The position numbers and the translations under genes are program-made. Of a stretch of 64,000 bases of DNA, positions 43,901-56,510 are shown piece by piece (within the stretch, counting starts at the first letter, position 1; every line of letters begins with the position of its first letter). The stretch covers positions 17,112,001 through 17,176,000 of the forward strand of contig OZ059899.1 of the NCBI GenBank assembly GCA_964057225.1, given 5' to 3'. This DNA is from Auanema rhodensis. Taxonomy: Eukaryota > Animalia > Nematoda. The notes below the pieces were generated by a model. The model saw only the letters and a list, made by a program, of their open reading frames with translations. It had not been told where the DNA came from and did no database searches.

Positions 43901-44928
43901 CGCAGCTTAAAAATCCGCATCGAATGCACTATACAACATTGAGAAACGCTTAATACAAAAATTAGTTATGATCGTTTGAAAAAAGACGCATTAGTGTATG
44001 TTGAGTTTCCATGTACACTCAACATTGCTTCCAAAAACATTTTTACAAAAATTTTTCCGAAAAATTTCAAAATAATTTCGCAAAAAGTAGATGTTTTTAG
44101 ATTCCTTTTTTCAAGGCAAAGACGATGGACAATGTTATTCAACGGAAAAATTAATTCTGCAGGGTGAAAATCGAGGATATAAGTGTGAACTTATATCAGT
44201 TGATATCTCGGTGCATTTTTAAGCTTGCGCAAATCTGATAACACAGATCGACGCAGTTTAAAAATCCGCATCGAATGCACTATACAACATTGAGAAACGC
44301 TTAATACAAAAATTAGTTATGATCGTTTGAAAAAAGACGCATTAGTGTATGTTGAGTTTCCATGTACACTCAACATTGCTTCCAAAAACATTTTGACAAA
44401 AATTTTTTCGAAAAATTTCAAAATAATTTCGCAAAAAGTAGATGTTTTTAGATTCCTTTTTTCAAGGCAAAGACGATGGACAATGTTATTCAACGGAAAA
44501 ATTAATTCTGCAGGGTGAAAATCGAGGATATAAGTGTGAACTTATATCAGTTGATATCTCGGTGCATTTTTAAGCTTGCGCAAATCTGATAACACAGATC
44601 GACGCAGCTTAAAAATCCGCATCGAATGCACTATACAACATTGAGTAACGCTTAATACAAAAATTAGTTATGATCGTTTGAAAAAAGACGCATTAGTGTA
44701 TGTTGAGTTTCCATGTACACTCAACATTGCTTCCAAAAACATTTTTACAAAAATTTTTCCGAAAAATTTCAAAATAATTTCGCAAAAAGTAGATGTTTTT
44801 AGATTCCTTTTTTCAAGGCAAAGACGATGGACAATGTTATTCAACGGAAAAATTAATTCTGCAGGGTGAAAATCGAGGATATAAGTGTGAACTTATATCA
44901 GTTGATATCTCGGTGCATTTTTAAGCTA
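31942..44928. repeat. 20-mer (7020-bp) duplication containing internal 4-mer (1404-bp) repeats
   Basis: Markers at +7020: TCTGGTAAC 35112/42132, CTGCCGGG 36439/43459, ORFs 35201/42221 and 35552/42572. The AAAACTAATT marker lies in ORFs 32744, 34148, 38360, 39764 and 41168 (1404 spacing within each group). Confidence 0.88.
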
Positions 44929-47900
44929 GCGCAAATCTGGTAACACAGATCGACGCAGCTTAAAAATCCGCATCGAATGCACTATACAACATTGAGAAAC
45001 GCTTAATACAAAAATTAGTTATGATCGTTTGAAAAATGATGCATTAGTGTATGTTGAGTTTCCATGTACACTCAACATTGCTTCCAAAAACATTTTTACA
45101 AAAATTTTTCCGAAAAATTTCGAAATAATTTCGCAAAAAGTAGATGTTTTTAGATTTCTTTTTTCAAGGCAAAGACGATGGACATTGTTATTCAACGAAA
45201 AAATTAATTCTGCAGGGTGAAAATCGAGGATATAAGTGTGAACTTATATCAGTTGATATCTCGGTGCATTTTTAAGCTAGCGCAAATCTGATAACACAGA
45301 TCGACGCAGCTTAAAAATCCGCATCGAATGCATTATACAACATTGAGAAACGCTTAATACAAAAATTAGTTATGATCGTTTGAAAAATGATGCATTAGTG
45401 TATGTTGAGTTTCCATGTACACTCAACATTGCTTCCAAAAACATTTTTACAAAAATTTTTCCGAAAAATTTCGAAACAATTTCGCAAAAAGTAGATGTTT
45501 TTAGATTCTTTTTTTCAAGGCAAAGACGATGGACATTGTTATTCAACGAAAAAATTAATTCTGCAGGGTGAAAATCGAGGATATAAGTGTGAACTTATAT
45601 CAGTTGATATCTCGGTGCATTTTTAAGCTAGCGCAAATCTGATAACACAGATCGACGCAGTTTAAAAATCCGCATCGAATGCACTATACTACAATGAGAA
45701 ACGCTTAATACAAAAATTAGTTATGATCGTTTGAAAAATGATGCATTAGTGTATGTTGAGTTTCCATGTACACTCAACATTGCTTCCAAAAACATTTTTA
45801 CAAAAATTTTTCCGAAAAATTTCAAAATAATTTCGCAAAAAGTAGATGTTTTTAGATTCCTTTTTTCAAGGCAAAGACGATGGACAATGTTATTCAACGA
45901 AAAAATTAATTCTCCAGGGTGAAAATCGAGGATGTAAGTGTGAGCTTATATCAGTTGATATCTCGGTGCATTTTTAAGCTAGCGCAAATCTGATAACACA
46001 GATCGACGCAGCTTACAAATCCGCATCGAATGCACTATACTACATTGAGAAACGCTTAATACAAAAATTAGTTATGATCGTTTGAAAAAAGACGCATTAG
46101 TGTATGTTGAGTTTCCATGTACACTCAACATTGCTTCCAAAAACATTTTGACAAAAATTTTTTCGAAAAATTTCAGAATATTTTAGCAAAAAATAGTTGT
46201 TTTTAGATTCCTTTTTTCAAGGCAAAGACGATGGACAATGTTATTCAACGAAAAAATTAATTCTGCCGGGTGAAAATCGAGGATATAAGTGTGAACTTAT
46301 ATCAGTTGATATCTCGGTGAATTTTTAAGCTAGCGCAAATCTGATAAAACAGATCGACGCAGTTTAAAAATCCGCATCGAATGCACTATACAACATTGAG
46401 AAACGCTTAATACAAAAATTAGTTATGATCGTTTGAAAAAAGACGCATTAGTGTATGTTGAGTTTCCATGTACACTCAACATTGCTTCCAAAAACATTTT
46501 GACAAAAATTTTTTCGAAAAATTTCAGAATATTTTAGCAAAAAATAGTTGTTTTTAGATTCCTTTTTTCAAGGCAAAGACGATGGACAATGTTATTCAAC
46601 GAAAAAATTAATTCTGCAGGGTGAAAATCGAGGATATAAGTGTGAACTTATATCAGTTGATATCTCGGTGCATTTTTAAGCTAGCGCAAATCTGATAACA
46701 CAGATCGACGCAGCTTAAAAATCCGCATCGAATGCACTATACAACATTGAGAAACGCTTAATACAAAAATTAGTTATGATCGTTTGAAAAAAGACGCATT
46801 AGTGTATGTTGAGTTTCCATGTACACTCAACATTGCTTCCAAAAACATTTTGACAAAAATTTTTTCGAAAAATTTCAGAATATTTTAGCAAAAAATAGTT
46901 GTTTTTAGATTCCTTTTTTCAAGGCAAAGACGATGGACAATGTTATTCAACGAAAAAATTAATTCTGCAGGGTGAAAATCGAGGATATAAGTGTGAACTT
47001 ATATCAGTTGATATCTCGGTGCATTTTTAAGCTAGCGCAAATCTGATAACACAGATCGACGCAGCTTAAAAATCCGCATCGAATGCACTATACAACATTG
47101 AGAAACGCTTAATACAAAAATTAGTTATGATCGTTTGAAAAAAGACGCATTAGTGTATGTTGAGTTTCCATGTACACTCAACATTGCTTCCAAAAACATT
47201 TTGACAAAAATTTTTTCGAAAAATTTCAGAATATTTTAGCAAAAAATAGTTGTTTTTAGATTCCTTTTTTCAAGGCAAAGACGATGGACAATGTTATTCA
47301 ACGAAAAAATTAATTCTGCAGGGTGAAAATCGAGGATATAAGTGTGAACTTATATCAGTTGATATCTCGGTGCATTTTTAAGCTTGCGCAAATCTGATAA
47401 CACAGATCGACGCAGCTTAAAAATCCGCATCGAATGCACTATACAACATTGAGTAACGCTTAATACAAAAATTAGTTATGATCGTTTGAAAAAAGACGCA
47501 TTAGTGTATGTTGAGTTTCCATGTACACTCAACATTGCTTCCAAAAACATTTTGACAAAAATTTTTTCGAAAAATTTCAGAATATTTTAGCAAAAAATAG
47601 TTGTTTTTAGATTCCTTTTTTCAAGGCAAAGACGATGGACAATGTTATTCAACGAAAAAATTAATTCTGCAGGGTGAAAATCGAGGATATAAGTGTGAAC
47701 TTATATCAGTTGATATCTCGGTGCATTTTTAAGCTAGCGCAAATCTGATAACACAGATCGACGCAGCTTAAAAATCCGCATCGAATGCACTATACAACAT
47801 TGAGAAACGCTTAATACAAAAATTAGTTATGATCGTTTGAAAAAAGACGCATTAGTGTATGTTGAGTTTCCATGTACACTCAACATTGCTTCCAAAAACA

Positions 47901-50900
47901 TTTTGACAAAAATTTTTTCGAAAAATTTCAGAATATTTTAGCAAAAAATAGTTGTTTTTAGATTCCTTTTTTCAAGGCAAAGACGATGGACAATGTTATT
48001 CAACGAAAAAATTAATTCTGCAGGGTGAAAATCGAGGATATAAGTGTGAACTTATATCAGTTGATATCTCGGTGCATTTTTAAGCTTGCGCAAATCTGAT
48101 AACACAGATCGACGCAGCTTAAAAATCCGCATCGAATGCACTATACAACATTGAGTAACGCTTAATACAAAAATTAGTTATGATCGTTTGAAAAAAGACG
48201 CATTAGTGTATGTTGAGTTTCCATGTACACTCAACATTGCTTCCAAAAACATTTTTACAAAAATTTTTCCGAAAAATTTCAAAATAATTTCGCAAAAAGT
48301 AGATGTTTTTAGATTCCTTTTTTCAAGGCAAAGACGATGGACAATGTTATTCAACGGAAAAATTAATTCTGCAGGGTGAAAATCGAGGATATAAGTGTGA
48401 ACTTATATCAGTTGATATCTCGGTGCATTTTTAAGCTTGCGCAAATCTGATAACACAGATCGACGCAGCTTAAAAATCCGCATCGAATGCACTATACAAC
48501 ATTGAGAAACGCTTAATACAAAAATTAGTTATGATCGTTTGAAAAAAGACGCATTAATGTATGTTGAGTTTCCATGTACACTCAACATTGCTTCCAAAAA
48601 CATTTTGACAAAAATTTTTTCGAAAAATTTCAGAATATTTTAGCAAAAAATAGTTGTTTTTAGATTCCTTTTTTCAAGGCAAAGACGATGGACAATGTTA
48701 TTCAACGAAAAAATTAATTCTGCAGGGTGAAAATCGAGGATATAAGTGTGAACTTATATCAGTTGATATCTCGGTGAATTTTTAAGCTAGCGCAAATCTG
48801 ATAAAACAGATCGACGCAGTTTAAAAATCCGCATCGAATGCACTATACAACATTGAGAAACGCTTAATACAAAAATTAGTTATGATCGTTTGAAAAAAGA
48901 CGCATTAGTGTATGTTGAGTTTCCATGTACACTCAACATTGCTTCCAAAAACATTTTGACAAAAATTTTTTCGAAAAATTTCAAAATAATTTCGCAAAAA
49001 GTAGATGTTTTTAGATTCCTTTTTTCAAGGCAAAGACGATGGACAATGTTATTCAACGGAAAAATTAATTCTGCAGGGTGAAAATCGAGGATATAAGTGT
49101 GAACTTATATCAGTTGATATCTCGGTGCATTTTTAAGCTTGCGCAAATCTGATAACACAGATCGACGCAGCTTAAAAATCCGCATCGAATGCACTATACA
49201 ACATTGAGTAACGCTTAATACAAAAATTAGTTATGATCGTTTGAAAAAAGACGCATTAGTGTATGTTGAGTTTCCATGTACACTCAACATTGCTTCCAAA
49301 AACATTTTTACAAAAATTTTTCCGAAAAATTTCAAAATAATTTCGCAAAAAGTAGATGTTTTTAGATTCCTTTTTTCAAGGCAAAGACGATGGACAATGT
49401 TATTCAACGGAAAAATTAATTCTGCAGGGTGAAAATCGAGGATATAAGTGTGAACTTATATCAGTTGATATCTCGGTGCATTTTTAAGCTAGCGCAAATC
49501 TGGTAACACAGATCGACGCAGCTTAAAAATCCGCATCGAATGCACTATACAACATTGAGAAACGCTTAATACAAAAATTAGTTATGATCGTTTGAAAAAT
49601 GATGCATTAGTGTATGTTGAGTTTCCATGTACACTCAACATTGCTTCCAAAAACATTTTTACAAAAATTTTTCCGAAAAATTTCGAAATAATTTCGCAAA
49701 AAGTAGATGTTTTTAGATTTCTTTTTTCAAGGCAAAGACGATGGACATTGTTATTCAACGAAAAAATTAATTCTGCAGGGTGAAAATCGAGGATATAAGT
49801 GTGAACTTATATCAGTTGATATCTCGGTGCATTTTTAAGCTAGCGCAAATCTGATAACACAGATCGACGCAGCTTAAAAATCCGCATCGAATGCATTATA
49901 CAACATTGAGAAACGCTTAATACAAAAATTAGTTATGATCGTTTGAAAAATGATGCATTAGTGTATGTTGAGTTTCCATGTACACTCAACATTGCTTCCA
50001 AAAACATTTTTACAAAAATTTTTCCGAAAAATTTCGAAACAATTTCGCAAAAAGTAGATGTTTTTAGATTCTTTTTTTCAAGGCAAAGACGATGGACATT
50101 GTTATTCAACGAAAAAATTAATTCTGCAGGGTGAAAATCGAGGATATAAGTGTGAACTTATATCAGTTGATATCTCGGTGCATTTTTAAGCTAGCGCAAA
50201 TCTGATAACACAGATCGACGCAGTTTAAAAATCCGCATCGAATGCACTATACTACAATGAGAAACGCTTAATACAAAAATTAGTTATGATCGTTTGAAAA
50301 ATGATGCATTAGTGTATGTTGAGTTTCCATGTACACTCAACATTGCTTCCAAAAACATTTTTACAAAAATTTTTCCGAAAAATTTCAAAATAATTTCGCA
50401 AAAAGTAGATGTTTTTAGATTCCTTTTTTCAAGGCAAAGACGATGGACAATGTTATTCAACGAAAAAATTAATTCTCCAGGGTGAAAATCGAGGATGTAA
50501 GTGTGAGCTTATATCAGTTGATATCTCGGTGCATTTTTAAGCTAGCGCAAATCTGATAACACAGATCGACGCAGCTTACAAATCCGCATCGAATGCACTA
50601 TACTACATTGAGAAACGCTTAATACAAAAATTAGTTATGATCGTTTGAAAAAAGACGCATTAGTGTATGTTGAGTTTCCATGTACACTCAACATTGCTTC
50701 CAAAAACATTTTGACAAAAATTTTTTCGAAAAATTTCAGAATATTTTAGCAAAAAATAGTTGTTTTTAGATTCCTTTTTTCAAGGCAAAGACGATGGACA
50801 ATGTTATTCAACGAAAAAATTAATTCTGCCGGGTGAAAATCGAGGATATAAGTGTGAACTTATATCAGTTGATATCTCGGTGAATTTTTAAGCTAGCGCA

Positions 50901-53352
50901 AATCTGATAAAACAGATCGACGCAGTTTAAAAATCCGCATCGAATGCACTATACAACATTGAGAAACGCTTAATACAAAAATTAGTTATGATCGTTTGAA
51001 AAAAGACGCATTAGTGTATGTTGAGTTTCCATGTACACTCAACATTGCTTCCAAAAACATTTTGACAAAAATTTTTTCGAAAAATTTCAGAATATTTTAG
51101 CAAAAAATAGTTGTTTTTAGATTCCTTTTTTCAAGGCAAAGACGATGGACAATGTTATTCAACGAAAAAATTAATTCTGCAGGGTGAAAATCGAGGATAT
51201 AAGTGTGAACTTATATCAGTTGATATCTCGGTGCATTTTTAAGCTAGCGCAAATCTGATAACACAGATCGACGCAGCTTAAAAATCCGCATCGAATGCAC
51301 TATACAACATTGAGAAACGCTTAATACAAAAATTAGTTATGATCGTTTGAAAAAAGACGCATTAGTGTATGTTGAGTTTCCATGTACACTCAACATTGCT
51401 TCCAAAAACATTTTGACAAAAATTTTTTCGAAAAATTTCAGAATATTTTAGCAAAAAATAGTTGTTTTTAGATTCCTTTTTTCAAGGCAAAGACGATGGA
51501 CAATGTTATTCAACGAAAAAATTAATTCTGCAGGGTGAAAATCGAGGATATAAGTGTGAACTTATATCAGTTGATATCTCGGTGCATTTTTAAGCTAGCG
51601 CAAATCTGATAACACAGATCGACGCAGCTTAAAAATCCGCATCGAATGCACTATACAACATTGAGAAACGCTTAATACAAAAATTAGTTATGATCGTTTG
51701 AAAAAAGACGCATTAGTGTATGTTGAGTTTCCATGTACACTCAACATTGCTTCCAAAAACATTTTGACAAAAATTTTTTCGAAAAATTTCAGAATATTTT
51801 AGCAAAAAATAGTTGTTTTTAGATTCCTTTTTTCAAGGCAAAGACGATGGACAATGTTATTCAACGAAAAAATTAATTCTGCAGGGTGAAAATCGAGGAT
51901 ATAAGTGTGAACTTATATCAGTTGATATCTCGGTGCATTTTTAAGCTTGCGCAAATCTGATAACACAGATCGACGCAGCTTAAAAATCCGCATCGAATGC
52001 ACTATACAACATTGAGTAACGCTTAATACAAAAATTAGTTATGATCGTTTGAAAAAAGACGCATTAGTGTATGTTGAGTTTCCATGTACACTCAACATTG
52101 CTTCCAAAAACATTTTGACAAAAATTTTTTCGAAAAATTTCAGAATATTTTAGCAAAAAATAGTTGTTTTTAGATTCCTTTTTTCAAGGCAAAGACGATG
52201 GACAATGTTATTCAACGAAAAAATTAATTCTGCAGGGTGAAAATCGAGGATATAAGTGTGAACTTATATCAGTTGATATCTCGGTGCATTTTTAAGCTAG
52301 CGCAAATCTGATAACACAGATCGACGCAGCTTAAAAATCCGCATCGAATGCACTATACAACATTGAGAAACGCTTAATACAAAAATTAGTTATGATCGTT
52401 TGAAAAAAGACGCATTAGTGTATGTTGAGTTTCCATGTACACTCAACATTGCTTCCAAAAACATTTTGACAAAAATTTTTTCGAAAAATTTCAGAATATT
52501 TTAGCAAAAAATAGTTGTTTTTAGATTCCTTTTTTCAAGGCAAAGACGATGGACAATGTTATTCAACGAAAAAATTAATTCTGCAGGGTGAAAATCGAGG
52601 ATATAAGTGTGAACTTATATCAGTTGATATCTCGGTGCATTTTTAAGCTTGCGCAAATCTGATAACACAGATCGACGCAGCTTAAAAATCCGCATCGAAT
52701 GCACTATACAACATTGAGTAACGCTTAATACAAAAATTAGTTATGATCGTTTGAAAAAAGACGCATTAGTGTATGTTGAGTTTCCATGTACACTCAACAT
52801 TGCTTCCAAAAACATTTTTACAAAAATTTTTCCGAAAAATTTCAAAATAATTTCGCAAAAAGTAGATGTTTTTAGATTCCTTTTTTCAAGGCAAAGACGA
52901 TGGACAATGTTATTCAACGGAAAAATTAATTCTGCAGGGTGAAAATCGAGGATATAAGTGTGAACTTATATCAGTTGATATCTCGGTGCATTTTTAAGCT
53001 TGCGCAAATCTGATAACACAGATCGACGCAGCTTAAAAATCCGCATCGAATGCACTATACAACATTGAGAAACGCTTAATACAAAAATTAGTTATGATCG
53101 TTTGAAAAAAGACGCATTAATGTATGTTGAGTTTCCATGTACACTCAACATTGCTTCCAAAAACATTTTGACAAAAATTTTTTCGAAAAATTTCAGAATA
53201 TTTTAGCAAAAAATAGTTGTTTTTAGATTCCTTTTTTCAAGGCAAAGACGATGGACAATGTTATTCAACGAAAAAATTAATTCTGCAGGGTGAAAATCGA
53301 GGATATAAGTGTGAACTTATATCAGTTGATATCTCGGTGAATTTTTAAGCTA
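44227..53352. repeat. 13-mer (4563-bp) tandem duplication
   Basis: Markers at +4563: TCTGGTAAC 44940/49503, CTGCCGGG 46267/50830, GCATTAATG 48557/53120, ORFs 45029/49592 and 48188/52751. Confidence 0.92.
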
Positions 53353-56300
53353 GCGCAAATCTGATAAAACAGATCGACGCAGTTTAAAAATCCGCATCGA
53401 ATGCACTATACAACATTGAGAAACGCTTAATACAAAAATTAGTTATGATCGTTTGAAAAAAGACGCATTAGTGTATGTTGAGTTTCCATGTACACTCAAC
53501 ATTGCTTCCAAAAACATTTTGACAAAAATTTTTTCGAAAAATTTCAGAATATTTTAGCAAAAAATAGTTGTTTTTAGATTCCTTTTTTCAAGGCAAAGAC
53601 GATGGACAATGTTATTCAACGAAAAAATTAATTCTGCAGGGTGAAAATCGAGGATATAAGTGTGAACTTATATCAGTTGATATCTCGGTGAATTTTTAAG
53701 CTAGCGCAAATCTGATAAAACAGATCGACACAGCTTAAAAATCCGCATCGAATGCACTATACAACGTTGAGAAACGCTTAATACAAAAATTAGTTATGAT
53801 CGTTTGAAAAAAGACGCGTTAGTGTATGTTGAGTTTCCATGTACACTCAACATTGCTTCCAAAAACATTTTGACAAAAATTTTTTCGAAAAATTTCAGAA
53901 TATTTTAGCAAAAAATAGTTGTTTTTAGATTCCTTTTTTCAAGGCAAAGACGATGGACAATGTTATTCAACGAAAAAATTAATTCTGCAGGGTGAAAATC
54001 GAGGATATAAGTGTGAACTTATATCAGTTGATATCTCGGTGCATTTTTAAGCTAGCGCAAATCTGATAACACAGATCGACGCAGCTTAAAAATCCGCATC
54101 GAATGCACTATACAACATTGAGAAACGCTTAATACAAAAATTAGTTATGATCGTTTGAAAAAAGACGCATTAGTGTATGTTGAGTTTCCATGTACACTCA
54201 ACATTGCTTCCAAAAACATTTTGACAAAAATTTTTTCGAAAAATTTCAAAATAATTTCGCAAAAAGTAGATGTTTTTAGATTCCTTTTTTCAAGGCAAAG
54301 ACGATGGACAATGTTATTCAACGGAAAAATTAATTCTGCAGGGTGAAAATCGAGGATATAAGTGTGAACTTATATCAGTTGATATCTCGGTGAATTTATA
54401 AGCTTGCGCAAATCTGATAACACAGATCGACGCAGCTTAAAAATCCGCATCGAATGCACTATACAACATTGAGTAACGCTTAATACAAAAATTAGTTATG
54501 ATCGTTTGAAAAAAGACGCATTAGTGTATGTTGAGTTTCCATGTACACTCAACATTGCTTCCAAAAACATTTTGACAAAAATTTTTTCGAAAAATTTCAG
54601 AATATTTTAGCAAAAAATAGTTGTTTTTAGATTCCTTTTTTCAAGGCAAAGACGATGGACAATGTTATTCAACGAAAAAATTAATTCTGCAGGGTGAAAA
54701 TCGAGGATATAAGTGTGAACTTATATCAGTTGATATCTCGGTGAATTTATAAGCTAGCGCAAATCTGATAACACAGATCGACGCAGCTTAAAAATCCGCA
54801 TCGAATGCACTATACAACATTGAGAAACGCTTAATACAAAAATTAGTTATGATCGTTTGAAAAAAGACGCATTAGTGTATGTTGAGTTTCCATGTACACT
54901 CAACATTGCTTCCAAAAACATTTTGACAAAAATTTTTTCGAAAAATTTCAGATTATTTTAGCAAAAAATAGTTGTTTTTAGATTCCTTTTTTCAAGGCAA
55001 AGACGATGGACAATGTTATTCAACGAAAAAATTAATTCTGCAGGGTGAAAATCGAGGATATAAGTGTGAACTTATATCAGTTGATATCTCGGTGAATTTA
55101 TAAGCTAGCGCAAATCTGATAACACAGATCGACGCAGCTTAAAAATCCGCATCGAATGCACTATACAACATTGAGAAACGCTTAATACAAAAATTAGTTA
55201 TGATCGTTTGAAAAAAGACGCATTAATGTATGTTGAGTTTCCATGTACACTCAACATTGCTTCCAAAAACATTTTGACAAAAATTTTTTCGAAAAATTTC
55301 AGAATATTTTAGCAAAAAATAGTTGTTTTTAGATTCCTTTTTTCAAGGCAAAGACGATGGACAATGTTATTCAACGAAAAAATTAATTCTGCAGGGTGAA
55401 AATCGAGGATATAAGTGTGAACTTATATCAGTTGATATCTCGGTGAATTTTTAAGCTAGCGCAAATCTGATAAAACAGATCGACGCAGTTTAAAAATCCG
55501 CATCGAATGCACTATACAACATTGAGAAACGCTTAATACAAAAATTAGTTATGATCGTTTGAAAAAAGACGCATTAGTGTATGTTGAGTTTCCATGTACA
55601 CTCAACATTGCTTCCAAAAACATTTTGACAAAAATTTTTTCGAAAAATTTCAGAATATTTTAGCAAAAAATAGTTGTTTTTAGATTCCTTTTTTCAAGGC
55701 AAAGACGATGGACAATGTTATTCAACGAAAAAATTAATTCTGCAGGGTGAAAATCGAGGATATAAGTGTGAACTTATATCAGTTGATATCTCGGTGAATT
55801 TTTAAGCTAGCGCAAATCTGATAAAACAGATCGACACAGCTTAAAAATCCGCATCGAATGCACTATACAACGTTGAGAAACGCTTAATACAAAAATTAGT
55901 TATGATCGTTTGAAAAAAGACGCGTTAGTGTATGTTGAGTTTCCATGTACACTCAACATTGCTTCCAAAAACATTTTGACAAAAATTTTTTCGAAAAATT
56001 TCAGAATATTTTAGCAAAAAATAGTTGTTTTTAGATTCCTTTTTTCAAGGCAAAGACGATGGACAATGTTATTCAACGAAAAAATTAATTCTGCAGGGTG
56101 AAAATCGAGGATATAAGTGTGAACTTATATCAGTTGATATCTCGGTGCATTTTTAAGCTAGCGCAAATCTGATAACACAGATCGACGCAGCTTAAAAATC
56201 CGCATCGAATGCACTATACAACATTGAGAAACGCTTAATACAAAAATTAGTTATGATCGTTTGAAAAAAGACGCATTAGTGTATGTTGAGTTTCCATGTA

Positions 56301-56510
56301 CACTCAACATTGCTTCCAAAAACATTTTGACAAAAATTTTTTCGAAAAATTTCAGAATATTTTAGCAAAAAATAGTTGTTTTTAGATTCCTTTTTTCAAG
56401 GCAAAGACGATGGACAATGTTATTCAACGAAAAAATTAATTCTGCAGGGTGAAAATCGAGGATATAAGTGTGAACTTATATCAGTTGATATCTCGGTGAA
56501 TTTATAAGCT
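53002..56510. repeat. Partial 6-mer (2106-bp) duplication
   Basis: GCATTAATG at 53120/55226 and CAACGTTGAG at 53766/55872. Confidence 0.78.
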
